A stretch of 32,000 nucleotides of DNA from Gemmatimonadaceae bacterium (GTDB lineage Bacteria > Gemmatimonadota > Gemmatimonadetes > Gemmatimonadales > Gemmatimonadaceae), in NCBI GenBank assembly GCA_040882285.1, contig JBBEBQ010000010.1:238147-270146 (forward strand), read 5' to 3'. Of this stretch, positions 15,904-25,096 are shown piece by piece (the first letter of the stretch is position 1; every line of letters begins with the position of its first letter). The translations under genes were made by a program, and so were the position numbers. Below the pieces are notes generated by a model. It searched no databases. It was not told the DNA's origin and worked only from the letters and a program-made list of their open reading frames with translations.

Positions 15904-17184
15904 ATGGGCAAGCGCCTCTTCGCCATCGCTTTCATCTTCGCCGTCACGACCGCCGCCTGGTTGCTGCTCGGCGCCACGATCTTCCAACGGACGCAGTCCT
16001 CCGACCGGCACCTGCGCGGGCGCGTCGGATCCACCTGGGGAACCGCGCAGGCGCAGCAGGCCCCGTCCGCCTACACCGAGCGGATCGAGGTGCGCGTGCT
16101 CGAGGCGCCGCGCCGCCCGCCGCCCGACGCTCGCCGCGACATCACCACTGCTCCGGCCGGCACGACGGATACGCGGTCCGAAACAGTTCGCGTGCGTGTG
16201 CCGCTGGCGCTCGACCAGACGAGAGCGAACGTCGCGTTCGATCTCGACCACCGGCAGAAGGGACTGCTCTGGTACAGCACGTACGGCGTCTCCTTCGCCG
16301 GGACGTTCCGCTTCAGGAACACGACGGCCTCCGACTCGGTGGCGCTCGAGTTCCGGCTGCCGGCGTCCCAGGCGATCTACGACGGACTGCAGGTCACCAT
16401 TAACGGACAGCCGGCGGCGTACGAGACCCGCGACCAGGCGATCATGGCCCTCGCCCGCGTGCCCGTGGGCGATGCCGTCACCCTCGGCGTGTCCTACCGC
16501 TCGCAGGGACTCGACCAGTGGCGGTACGTGCTCGGCAACGACGTGGCGGAAGTGCGCGACTTCGAGCTCGGAATGAAGACCGACTTCGAGGACATCGATT
16601 TTCCCGAGAGCACACTCTCTCCGACCGAAAAAACCGAGGGCGGCGAAGGCTGGGATTTGAAGTGGCGCTACAGCAATCTCCTGTCGGGTTTCCAAATCGG
16701 CATGGACATGCCCGAGAAGCTCCAGCCCGGGCCGCTCGCCGGCGAGATCTCGCTCTTCGCGCCGGTGTCGCTGCTCTTTTTCTTCGCCGTGATCTTCCTC
16801 ATCACCACGATTCGCGGGATTGACATCCATCCGATGAACTACGCCTTCCTGGCCGCGGCGTTCTTTTCCTTCCACCTGCTGCTGGCATACCTGGTGGACC
16901 ACATCTCCATCCACCTGGCGTTTCTCGTCGCGTCGGCGGTGTCGATCTTCCTGGTTGTGAGCTATCTCCGACTCGCTATCGGGCGGCAGTTCGCCTTCCG
17001 CGAAGCCGCGCTCGCGCAGTTCATCTATCTGGTGCTCTTCTCCTACGCGTTCTTCTTCAGGGGCTTCACCGGGCTGGCGATCACCATCGGCTCGATCGTG
17101 ACGCTGTTCGTCGCGATGCAGCTGACCGGGCGGATCCGCTGGAGCGAGGTGTTCGCGAGCAGGCCCGGGGTGACAAGGCCGTAG
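15904..17184 (+). CDS. CreD-like inner membrane protein
   Basis: 426 aa. It has one N-terminal TM, a ~260-aa periplasmic beta-rich region and about 5 C-terminal TM helices, which is the CreD family layout. The assignment is by architecture and general resemblance only. Confidence 0.5.
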   Translation: MGKRLFAIAFIFAVTTAAWLLLGATIFQRTQSSDRHLRGRVGSTWGTAQAQQAPSAYTERIEVRVLEAPRRPPPDARRDITTAPAGTTDTRSETVRVRVPLALDQTRANVAFDLDHRQKGLLWYSTYGVSFAGTFRFRNTTASDSVALEFRLPASQAIYDGLQVTINGQPAAYETRDQAIMALARVPVGDAVTLGVSYRSQGLDQWRYVLGNDVAEVRDFELGMKTDFEDIDFPESTLSPTEKTEGGEGWDLKWRYSNLLSGFQIGMDMPEKLQPGPLAGEISLFAPVSLLFFFAVIFLITTIRGIDIHPMNYAFLAAAFFSFHLLLAYLVDHISIHLAFLVASAVSIFLVVSYLRLAIGRQFAFREAALAQFIYLVLFSYAFFFRGFTGLAITIGSIVTLFVAMQLTGRIRWSEVFASRPGVTRP

Positions 17185-17191
17185 CGCTCCG

Positions 17192-17225
17192 CGCGCCGGG
17201 CGGTTGCGCAACCCCGCCCGGCGCG
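17192..17225 (+). terminator. GC-rich hairpin (12-bp perfect stem, 10-nt loop) 8 nt after the CreD-like stop; no U-tract
   Basis: CGCGCCGGGCGG (17192-17203) pairs with CCGCCCGGCGCG (17214-25). The loop is TTGCGCAACC. This is an I-shaped terminator candidate of the kind common in high-GC genomes. Confidence 0.5.
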
Positions 17226-17267
17226 GCACCTTCGCCCGGTGTTCAGCTGCAATCGGCGGTCGCGCGT

Positions 17268-17918
17268 ATGATCCCGCTCGCATTCGATCGCATTCCGCTC
17301 GATGTGACGCTCACCCGCGGCCGCGCTTTTTACGCTGAGATGAGCAAGCGCCGCACGACGCGCCATTTCTCGCGCGACCCGGTACCGCGCGAGGCCATCG
17401 AATGGGCGATACGTGCCGCGGCTACCGCGCCGAGCGGCGCGCACCAGCAGCCATGGACCTTCGTCGCGGTATCCGATGCGGAGCTGAAGACCCGGATACG
17501 CGCAGCCGCCGAGCGCGAGGAGCACGCGTTCTATCATGGCAAAGCGCCGGACGCCTGGCTCGAGGCGCTCGCGCTGCTCGGGACCGACGAGCACAAGGCG
17601 CATCTCACCGACGCACCGTGGGTGGTGGTTCTCTTCCGTCAATCGTACGGCCTGCGCGCGGACGGCACGCGACGCACTCACTATTATTCGCAGGAGTCGT
17701 GCGGCATCGCCGCGGGCTTTTTCATAGCGGCGGTGCACAGGATGGGTCTCGTGACGCTGACGCACACGCCAAGTCCCATGGGATTCCTCGGCGAGCTTCT
17801 GCAACGACCCGCGAACGAGAAGGCGATGCTGGTGATGCCCGTCGGATATCCGGCAGACGACGCGAAGGTGCCCGACCTCGCGCGCAAGCCGCTGGAAGAC
17901 GTCGTGGTGTGGCGATGA
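17268..17918 (+). CDS. Nitroreductase-family flavoprotein, iodotyrosine-deiodinase-like subgroup
   Basis: 216 aa. Motifs: [78 protein letters not shown]. Confidence 0.78.
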   Translation: MIPLAFDRIPLDVTLTRGRAFYAEMSKRRTTRHFSRDPVPREAIEWAIRAAATAPSGAHQQPWTFVAVSDAELKTRIRAAAEREEHAFYHGKAPDAWLEALALLGTDEHKAHLTDAPWVVVLFRQSYGLRADGTRRTHYYSQESCGIAAGFFIAAVHRMGLVTLTHTPSPMGFLGELLQRPANEKAMLVMPVGYPADDAKVPDLARKPLEDVVVWR

Positions 17919-18403
17919 CGCTTCCCGCGCCGCTCGAGCCCATCGACATCCGTCTGACCACGTGGATGGCTCGCCATGGGATCACGCTCACGCGAGTCGC
18001 GCTGGGCGTGGTCTTTCTCTGGTTCGGCGCGATCAAGTTCGTGCCGGGCTGGAGTCCCGCGGCGGATCTTGCCGCGCGGACCATCGAGCGAATTACCTTC
18101 GGATTCGTCACGCCGGAGATCGGACTGCCGCTGCTCGCCGCCTGGGAATCGCTGATCGGGATCGGGCTGCTGCTCGGACGATTCCTGCGACTGACTCTGC
18201 TGCTGCTGTTCGTACAGATGCCGGGCACCATGTTGCCGCTCGTTCTGTTCCCGGGAGAGACTTTTACCGCGTTTCCGCATTCGCCGACGATGGAAGGACA
18301 GTACATCATCAAGAATCTCGTGTTGATCGCGGCGGCGATCGTCGTCGGCGCGACGGTGCGCGGCGGGGAGCTGCGGGCGGAGCCACTCGCAACGGAGAAG
18401 TGA
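17915..18403 (+). CDS. DoxX/DUF417-like small membrane protein
   Basis: 162 aa, from the ATG at 17915 inside the 17402 track ORF (ATGA overlap with the nitroreductase stop). It has 4 TM helices and an [16 protein letters not shown] motif. Confidence 0.5.
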   Translation: MTLPAPLEPIDIRLTTWMARHGITLTRVALGVVFLWFGAIKFVPGWSPAADLAARTIERITFGFVTPEIGLPLLAAWESLIGIGLLLGRFLRLTLLLLFVQMPGTMLPLVLFPGETFTAFPHSPTMEGQYIIKNLVLIAAAIVVGATVRGGELRAEPLATEK

Positions 18404-20286
18404 TGACTCGACGAACCGTCAGTGTTCTACTCGGCGCGCTGGTTCTTTGCTCCGCCGATCCCGCCGCCCAGACGACGGCGGCGAGCGGAGCGGTTCCGGA
18501 TCTCTCCGCGCTCGTCGCGCGCGCGGGCAGCGAGCTTGCGCCGGTCGTGGACCGGTTCAGCACCGACCTCGGGTCCATCAGGCGACGATACGACGCGACC
18601 GCGTCGCCCGACCAGCGCCGCAGGATGCGCGAATTTTATTCCGGCTGGGGCAGCGAGCTCCGGCGGGTCGAGTTCGACCGCCTGAGTCAGGAAGGCAAGG
18701 TGGACTACGTTCTCCTCACCAATTACCTCAGGCATCAGCTCGATCTGCTCGGGCGGCAGGGCACACAGCGCAGCGAAACGGCCGCATTGCTCCCCTTCGC
18801 CGACCGGGTGCTCGCGCTGCAGGACGCGAGGCGGAATCTCACCACTCCGGATGCGCGGGCTGCCGCGAGCACGCTCGCCGAGGTAACGCGCCAGATCGAC
18901 AGCCTGCGCGCGCGCTTCGAGACACCGACTTCGCGCGGTGATACATCGGCGGCGGCGCCGACGAGGGCGCGGGTACCTGCTCCCGCGGTATCCAGGACCG
19001 TCGCGAACCGTGCGGCGGAGAACATCGACCAGATCAGCCGCGTGATGCAGAACTGGTACGAGTACTACGACGGGTACGATCCGCTCTTCAGTTGGTGGGT
19101 GAAGGATCCCTACAAGCGCCTGGACGAATCACTCAAGCGGTACGCGCGCACGCTGCGGGAGCGCGTCGTGGGATTCAAGCCGCAGCCTCCGGCCGGCGCG
19201 CAAGGCGGGCGCGGCTCGGACACGGCGAGCGCCAACGACGGACCGATCATCGGCGACCCGATCGGCGCGCAAGGTCTGCGGGAGGACCTGGAGCACGAGA
19301 TGATTCCGTACACCCCCCAGGAGCTGATCGCGATCGCCGAGCGGGAGTACGCGTTCAGCCTGAGCGAGATGAAGAAAGCCGCGCGCGAGATGGGCTTCGG
19401 CGACGACTGGAAGAGCGCGGTCGAGAAGGTGAAGAACAGCTACGTGGAGCCCGGCCGCCAGCCGGATCTGATCCGCGATCTCGCGCGGGAAGCCGAGGCG
19501 TTCTTCGACCGGCACGACTGGGTGACCATTCCGCCGCTGGCGCGGGAAGACTGGCGGATGGAGATGATGAGTCCCGAGCGGCAGCGGGTTGCGCCGTTCT
19601 TCCTCGGCGGCGAGTCCATCATCGTCTCGTATCCGACCGCGGACATGACGGCGGAAGAGAAGATGATGAGCTTGCGCGGCAACAATCCGCACTTCTCCCG
19701 CGCGGTCGTATTTCACGAGCTGAATCCCGGCCATCATCTGCAGGGCTTCATGTCGGCGCGGTACAATCCGCACCGTCGTCTCTTCAGTACGCCGTTCTGG
19801 GGCGAGGGCCAGGCGCTGTACTGGGAGATGTTTCTCTGGGACCACGGCTTCCAGGAGAAGCCAGAGGACCGGGTTGGCGCCTTGTTCTGGCGGATGCACC
19901 GGAGCGCGCGGATCATGTTCTCGCTGCGCTTTCACCTCGGGCAGCTCACGCCGGAGCAGGCGATTCAGTTCCTGGTGGACACGGTAGCGTTCGAGCGGGC
20001 CAACGCGGAGGGCGAGGTGCGGCGCTCGTTCAGCGGCCAGTATTCACCGCTGTATCAGATCGCGTACATGATCGGCGGGCTCCAGCTCCGCGCGCTGCAT
20101 GCCGAGCTGGTTGATTCCGGAAAGATGACAGAGCGGCAGTTCCACGATGCCGTCTTGCAGGGCGGACCGATGCCGATCGCGATGGTCCGCGCGCGACTCG
20201 CCGGCGTTCCGCTGACGCGCGACGGCCCGCAACCATGGCGGTTCGCCGAGAGTTTGCCGGCGCCGCATCCTTTCGGAGGTCGATGA
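18403..20286 (+). CDS. DUF885 family protein (secreted; metallopeptidase-like HExxH-related fold)
   Basis: 627 aa from the ATG at 18403 (TGATG overlap). Signal peptide [23 protein letters not shown]. The DUF885 signature is HELNPGHHLQ, followed by GEGQALYWE. Confidence 0.8.
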   Translation: MTRRTVSVLLGALVLCSADPAAQTTAASGAVPDLSALVARAGSELAPVVDRFSTDLGSIRRRYDATASPDQRRRMREFYSGWGSELRRVEFDRLSQEGKVDYVLLTNYLRHQLDLLGRQGTQRSETAALLPFADRVLALQDARRNLTTPDARAAASTLAEVTRQIDSLRARFETPTSRGDTSAAAPTRARVPAPAVSRTVANRAAENIDQISRVMQNWYEYYDGYDPLFSWWVKDPYKRLDESLKRYARTLRERVVGFKPQPPAGAQGGRGSDTASANDGPIIGDPIGAQGLREDLEHEMIPYTPQELIAIAEREYAFSLSEMKKAAREMGFGDDWKSAVEKVKNSYVEPGRQPDLIRDLAREAEAFFDRHDWVTIPPLAREDWRMEMMSPERQRVAPFFLGGESIIVSYPTADMTAEEKMMSLRGNNPHFSRAVVFHELNPGHHLQGFMSARYNPHRRLFSTPFWGEGQALYWEMFLWDHGFQEKPEDRVGALFWRMHRSARIMFSLRFHLGQLTPEQAIQFLVDTVAFERANAEGEVRRSFSGQYSPLYQIAYMIGGLQLRALHAELVDSGKMTERQFHDAVLQGGPMPIAMVRARLAGVPLTRDGPQPWRFAESLPAPHPFGGR

Positions 20287-20287
20287 C

Positions 20288-20911
20288 ATGCCGCAACCAC
20301 GAATAGTCGTCACGGCGGTAGCGGTGCTCGCTCTCTGCGCATGCAGCGGAGCCCGCACCCACCCGGAACCGCTTATTCCGCCGGAGGTTCAATTCGTGTC
20401 GCGGGCCGAGTGGGGCGCGCGGCCGCCGGTGCTGCCGATGCAGGCGCACACGCTGAGCCGCCTCACGATCCATCACACGGGAACGAATCAGAACTTCAAC
20501 CGGACGGTGGCGGACAAGCTGCGCGGGCTGCAGCTGTTCTCGCAGCGGGACGACTCGCTCGCGAGCGGCCGGTTGAAACCGGCGTGGCCCGACGTGCCGT
20601 ACCATTTCTATGTAGGCGTGGACGGGGTCGTCGGCGAGGGGCGCGACTGGCGCTACGCCGGGGACACGAACACCGAGTACGATCCGGCATCGCATCTGCT
20701 CGTCGTCGTCGAAGGAAATTTCCAGAAGGACACGCTGACGACCGCGCAGCGCCGGACGCTCGACGTCATCGTGCCCGCGCTCGCGCGTAGCTTCGGGATT
20801 CCCGCGGACCGGCTCGCTTCACACCGCGACTACGCGCGGACGGAATGTCCCGGCGCGAACCTGTACGCCGAGCTGCTCCGGTTCCGCGAGCTCATCCGCG
20901 CGCGGCGGTGA
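20288..20911 (+). CDS. N-acetylmuramoyl-L-alanine amidase, Amidase_2/PGRP family, lipoprotein
   Basis: 207 aa. Lipobox LALCAC. Motifs: LTIHHTG, PDVPYHFYVGVDGVVGEGR, SHRDYARTECPG (Zn ligands His/His/Cys in the expected order). Confidence 0.85.
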   Translation: MPQPRIVVTAVAVLALCACSGARTHPEPLIPPEVQFVSRAEWGARPPVLPMQAHTLSRLTIHHTGTNQNFNRTVADKLRGLQLFSQRDDSLASGRLKPAWPDVPYHFYVGVDGVVGEGRDWRYAGDTNTEYDPASHLLVVVEGNFQKDTLTTAQRRTLDVIVPALARSFGIPADRLASHRDYARTECPGANLYAELLRFRELIRARR

Positions 20912-21273
20912 TGGAAGTACAGATCTTCGGCGTAAAGAAAAGCTCCGCCACGCGCAAAGCTCTGCGCTTTTTCGCGGAGCGGCGGATCAAGACTCACTTC
21001 GTGGATCTGAACGAGCGCGCCGCGTCGCCCGGCGAGCTCAAGCGTTTCGCGCAGAAGTTCGGCGTGACGCGCCTCATCGACCTCAACTCGAAGCGGTACG
21101 CGGAGCTCGGGCTCGGCGCCGCCAGGCTCACGGACGAGCGGTGGCTGGACAAGCTCGCTTTGGAGCCGTTGCTGTTGACGATTCCGCTGGTTCGCTGGCA
21201 GCATCGCCTGACGATGGGGCTCGCCGAGCGCGAGTGGCAGGGGTGGATCGAGACCGAGAAGGGCGGTCACTAG
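20911..21273 (+). CDS. ArsC/Spx/YffB-family thioredoxin-fold protein lacking the N-terminal Cys
   Basis: 120 aa from the ATG at 20911 (TGATG overlap). The N-terminus is MEVQIFGVKKSSATRKALRFF, where family members normally carry C or CxxC at the KKSSA position. Its stop TAG lies in the heptamer repeat. Confidence 0.7.
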   Translation: MEVQIFGVKKSSATRKALRFFAERRIKTHFVDLNERAASPGELKRFAQKFGVTRLIDLNSKRYAELGLGAARLTDERWLDKLALEPLLLTIPLVRWQHRLTMGLAEREWQGWIETEKGGH

Positions 21274-21289
21274 TCACTAGTCACCAGTT
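21266..21289. repeat. Second copy of the heptamer element: GTCACTA GTCACTA GTCACCA GTT
   Basis: Read directly. The 22-nt string CACTAGTCACTAGTCACCAGTT (21268-21289) is identical to 5790-5811. It lies between the ArsC-like stop (21271-73) and the murB stop (21290-92). Confidence 0.9.
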
Positions 21290-22249
21290 TCAAAAGTCCC
21301 CGATAAACCCGATCTCGGGCTCGAGCCGATGCCCGAACTTCTCCTCGACGGCCTTCTGGGCAATGGCGATCAGCTCGCGCACGTCCTTCGCCGTCGCGTG
21401 ACCCAGGTTCACCATGATGTTGGCGTGGATGTGCGAGATCTGCGCGTCACCGTGGCGGTATCCTTTCAATCCGCACTGATCCACGAGCCGCCCCGCGCCC
21501 ACCCCCTCGATCTTCTTGAAGATCGAGCCGGCGCTCGGATGAAATTCCAGCCACGGATGCCGTGAGCCCCGCCAGCTCAGGTTCTCCTGGAGGATCCGGT
21601 GCATCACCGCGGTGTCGCCCTTCGCGAGCTGGAACTCGGCCCACGTCACGATGTCCTTCGTGAAGTGCAGGATGCAGCTGTCGTAGCCGAACTGCATGTA
21701 GTCGCGATCCACGACCTTCCGCTCGTCGGCCTCGGTGAGCAGCTCGCACCGCTCGAACACTTCCGCGATGAACATCGTCCGCTCCCGCTCGGGAGCCGGC
21801 GAGAGGAAATGCAGGTTCTGCCAGACCGCCCCGCCCACCGTGCTCGGGATGCCCACGTAGTGCTCCAGTCCCGACCAGCCCCGCTCCACGGCCTGCGGAA
21901 TGATGTCCGCCATGACGGCGCCGCTCTCCACCCATAGCTTTCCGTCGTCGGAGAACTTGAAGTGCTTCGCTGCGTTCCGGATGACGAGCCCGCGGAATCC
22001 CTTGTCGCCGATCAGGATGTTGGCGCCCAGTCCGAGCACGAAGTATGGGATCCCGACATGGCGGGCCGCGATGATCGAGGATGCGAGGTCGTCCGCGGAG
22101 TCCGCTTCGTAAAAGAGGTCCGCCGGACCTCCTATTTTGAACGTGGTGTATGGAGCAAGCAGCTCGTCGCGCCGAAGCCGCGCGCTGTCGAGCGTGCGCG
22201 CGAGCTCCGCGTAGGAATCTTCCGCAACCCTGGTATCCGGTAAGGACAT
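21290..22249 (-). CDS. murB: UDP-N-acetylenolpyruvoylglucosamine reductase MurB
   Basis: 319 aa from the internal ATG at 22249 (MSLPDTRVAEDSY...). Motifs: LAPYTTFKIGGPADLF, VLGLGANILI, GIPSTVGGAVWQN, AGSIFKK, and the C-terminal domain. Confidence 0.9.
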   Translation of the reverse strand: MSLPDTRVAEDSYAELARTLDSARLRRDELLAPYTTFKIGGPADLFYEADSADDLASSIIAARHVGIPYFVLGLGANILIGDKGFRGLVIRNAAKHFKFSDDGKLWVESGAVMADIIPQAVERGWSGLEHYVGIPSTVGGAVWQNLHFLSPAPERERTMFIAEVFERCELLTEADERKVVDRDYMQFGYDSCILHFTKDIVTWAEFQLAKGDTAVMHRILQENLSWRGSRHPWLEFHPSAGSIFKKIEGVGAGRLVDQCGLKGYRHGDAQISHIHANIMVNLGHATAKDVRELIAIAQKAVEEKFGHRLEPEIGFIGDF

Positions 22250-23648
22250 GGCATTAAGAAAAGGATTGACGAGGTGGCGCGCCACTGTGGGCATCGCTCT
22301 CGCCCTCGTGGCGCTGCCTCCCGCGGCCGCCGCGCAGCGCTCCGACCTCGAGAAGATCATACACCGCCGCGTGCTCGCGAACGGGCTCGAGGTGATAGTG
22401 GTCGAGAACCACGGCGTCCCGCTCGTGACCGCCGAGATCGACGTCAAGAACGGCTCCTTCACGCAGACCCCGGAGACGGCGGGGCTCGCGCACATGTACG
22501 AGCACATGTTCTTCCGCGCCAGCCGGCGGTATCCCGGCTCGGACGAGTTCGTCGAGCGCGCGGCCGACATGGGAGCTGTGTTCAACGGCTCGACCCGCGA
22601 GGAGAACGTCAATTACTACATCACGGTCACCTCGGACCGGCTGAACGACGCGGTCCGGCTGCTCGCGGCGTCGTTTCGCGAGCCGCTCTTCCGGCAGGAC
22701 GAGCTCGAGCGCGAGCGGCAGGTCGTGCTCGGCGAGTACGACCGGAACGAGTCGAACCCGTTCTTCGCGCTGACGCAGGCGCTCGACGAGAAGCTCTATC
22801 CCGGGAACGCGGTCAGGAAGAACACGATCGGCGATCGCGACGTGATCGCCAACGCAACCCCGGCCCAGATGCGCGCCATCCAGCGCAAGTATTACGTGCC
22901 GAACAACTCGGTGCTGATACTCACCGGTGACGTGGATCCGGCCACGGCGTTCGCCGCGGCTGAGCGCAAGCTCGGCGACATGCCACGGGGCGAAGATCCG
23001 TTCGTCAAGGACCCCATCCCGGCGATTCCGCCACTCGCCGGCAACGACGCGATAATCCACGAAGCAGGCGTCGGCGCAGTTACGGTGTTTCTCCAGTGGC
23101 AGGGGCCGAGCGTCGGCGCGGATCCGGACGCGACGTACGCGGCCGACGTCTTCTCCGACGTGCTGAACGATCCCAACTCGCGGCTGCAGCAGCGGCTGGT
23201 GGACAGCGGGCTCTGGGACGGGATCGTGGTGAACTACTACACGCTCGACAACGTCGGGCCGATCACCATCAGCGGGCAGACTTCGCCGCAGCGGCTGCGG
23301 CAGGCGCTCGCGGCGCTGAACGCGGAGATCCCGAAGTTCGCCACCGCGTCCTACTTCGACCCCGAGGAGATTGCCGCCACCAAGGCGCAGCGCGCGGTCT
23401 CGTCGGCCTTCGATCGCGAGCGCTCCTCCGGCTTCGCGCACACACTCGGCTTCTGGTGGAGCGTCGCCAGCCTGGAGTATTACATGGGTTACGTGGACAA
23501 CATGGCCGCGCAGACGCTGGCGGATCTCACCGGCTACGCGAGCAAGTACATAGTAGGAAAGCCGAGGATTACGGGCGTGCTGATCCACCCCGAGGCGCGC
23601 CGCTCGCTCAACCTGACGACAGCCGAGCTGATCGGAGGCGGCCGATGA
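22248..23648 (+). CDS. M16 (pitrilysin/insulinase) family zinc peptidase, active-type subunit, secreted
   Basis: 466 aa. Signal peptide MALRKGLTRWRATVGIALALVALPPAAAAQ. Inverted zinc motif HxxEH present (GLAHMYEHMFF) with a downstream Glu region (REENVNYY). Confidence 0.85.
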   Translation: MALRKGLTRWRATVGIALALVALPPAAAAQRSDLEKIIHRRVLANGLEVIVVENHGVPLVTAEIDVKNGSFTQTPETAGLAHMYEHMFFRASRRYPGSDEFVERAADMGAVFNGSTREENVNYYITVTSDRLNDAVRLLAASFREPLFRQDELERERQVVLGEYDRNESNPFFALTQALDEKLYPGNAVRKNTIGDRDVIANATPAQMRAIQRKYYVPNNSVLILTGDVDPATAFAAAERKLGDMPRGEDPFVKDPIPAIPPLAGNDAIIHEAGVGAVTVFLQWQGPSVGADPDATYAADVFSDVLNDPNSRLQQRLVDSGLWDGIVVNYYTLDNVGPITISGQTSPQRLRQALAALNAEIPKFATASYFDPEEIAATKAQRAVSSAFDRERSSGFAHTLGFWWSVASLEYYMGYVDNMAAQTLADLTGYASKYIVGKPRITGVLIHPEARRSLNLTTAELIGGGR

Positions 23649-24955
23649 TCGCCCGCGCGCGCGTACTCGCAATCATGGCGCTCGGCGCGGTCACGCTCGC
23701 CGCGCGGCCGGCGCCGTCGCCCGACGACAACACGATCGCGTTCGACGTGGAAGGAATCCGCGTCATACTGCGTGAGACCGACAACAACATCGTCGCCGCC
23801 AACCTCTATCTCCTCGGGGGCGCGCGGCAGCTCACGCCGCAGAACGCGGGCGTCGAGCTGATGCTGCTGCAGGCGTCCGAGCACGGCACGAGGAGCTACC
23901 CCAGGGACGTTCTACGCCGCAAGATGTCGCGGCTGGGCACGGAGATCGTGATCGACGCGGAAAAGGACTGGACCATGTTCGGCATCCGCTCGACGACCGA
24001 CGTGTTCGATTCGACGTGGGCGATATTCGCCGACCGGCTGATGCACCCGCTGCTACAGCCCGCCGAGGTGGATCTCGTGCGCGGCCAGTTCCTGTCGGGG
24101 ATCAGTCAGCGGCGGGACGATCCCGACGCGCTCGCGCGCTATCTCGCGGACAGCATCGCCTTCGCGGGACATCCGTACGCGATCCCGATAGGCGGAACTC
24201 GTGGCTCCGTCTCGCAGCTGACGAGCAACGTCCTCCGGGAATATCAGCGCGGCCAGATCGTGAAGTCCCGCATGCTGCTGGTGGTGGTCGGTGACGTGGA
24301 CCGCGCCAGGCTGGAGTCGCTGATCCGGGGATCGCTAGCACAGCTCCCGGCTGGCGGCTACCGGTGGACATTGCCGCCGCCGGCGCCGCGGGGCGAGGCG
24401 ACCGTGATATTCGAGCAGCGCCCGCTCCCGACGAATTACGTGATCGGCTACTACGCGGGTCCGGTATCGAACGAGCGCGACCTGCAGACCCTGCGCATCG
24501 CCACCTCGGTGCTGACGGGCCGCATGTTCGCGGACATCCGGACGCGGCGCAACCTCACGTACGACGTCCACGCGCCGTTCGTCGAGAACGCGGCAGTGCT
24601 CGGCGGGCTGTACGTCACGACGACGTCGCCGGACGTCACGCTCGGACTGATGCGGCAGCACGTAACCGAGCTGCAGCGCGAGCTGATCGACCCGCAGGGT
24701 CTCAAGCGCCTGTCGGCGCAATTCGTGACCGAGTATCTGCTCGACAACGAGACCAACGCGGCCCAGGCGGATTTTCTGGCGCGCGCCGAGCTGTTCCGCG
24801 GCGACTACAAGGCGGCGGAGCGGTTCGTGGACGAGCTGCGGGACGTAACGCCGCAGGACGTGCGCGCGGCCGCGCAGAAGTACATGAAGAACATGCGGTT
24901 CGCCTATGTCGGCGACAGCACGAAGGTGGACCGGAGGTTGCTGCTCGGGTTTTGA
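23645..24955 (+). CDS. M16 family peptidase-like protein, non-catalytic-type subunit
   Basis: 436 aa from the ATG at 23645 (ATGA overlap). It has the same fold layout, but the zinc motif position reads QASEH (LMLLQASEHGT) instead of HxxEH. Confidence 0.8.
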   Translation: MIARARVLAIMALGAVTLAARPAPSPDDNTIAFDVEGIRVILRETDNNIVAANLYLLGGARQLTPQNAGVELMLLQASEHGTRSYPRDVLRRKMSRLGTEIVIDAEKDWTMFGIRSTTDVFDSTWAIFADRLMHPLLQPAEVDLVRGQFLSGISQRRDDPDALARYLADSIAFAGHPYAIPIGGTRGSVSQLTSNVLREYQRGQIVKSRMLLVVVGDVDRARLESLIRGSLAQLPAGGYRWTLPPPAPRGEATVIFEQRPLPTNYVIGYYAGPVSNERDLQTLRIATSVLTGRMFADIRTRRNLTYDVHAPFVENAAVLGGLYVTTTSPDVTLGLMRQHVTELQRELIDPQGLKRLSAQFVTEYLLDNETNAAQADFLARAELFRGDYKAAERFVDELRDVTPQDVRAAAQKYMKNMRFAYVGDSTKVDRRLLLGF

Positions 24956-25096
24956 GTCCCGGCAATGACTCCAAGCCGGCTTCGGACGGGACACGTCAGC
25001 GGTTCGCTGCTTTCGGAGCCCAAGGTGTTATCCTTGACTTGCAGCGTGTGGCTGTCTGAATGTCGTACGTGTTCCCCACCTCAGGCGCATCGAAAA

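Noticed and set aside
15856-17283. 475-aa ORF antisense to the CreD-like gene
   Set aside because: The sequence is highly charged, repetitive and Arg/Glu/His-rich with no TM segment or motif. The plus-strand product has a coherent membrane-protein architecture.
22254-23672. 472-aa ORF antisense to the M16 peptidase gene
   Set aside because: The translation is low-complexity and Arg/Val/Gly-rich. The opposite strand carries a clear M16 protein with HxxEH, so this is a high-GC artefact.
24956-24992. Imperfect hairpin GTCCCG…CGGGAC enclosing the 10-bp palindrome AAGCCGGCTT, right after the second M16 gene
   Set aside because: The outer stem is short, the interior is large and poorly paired, and there is no U-tract. 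It may be a weak terminator, but the evidence is too thin to call.
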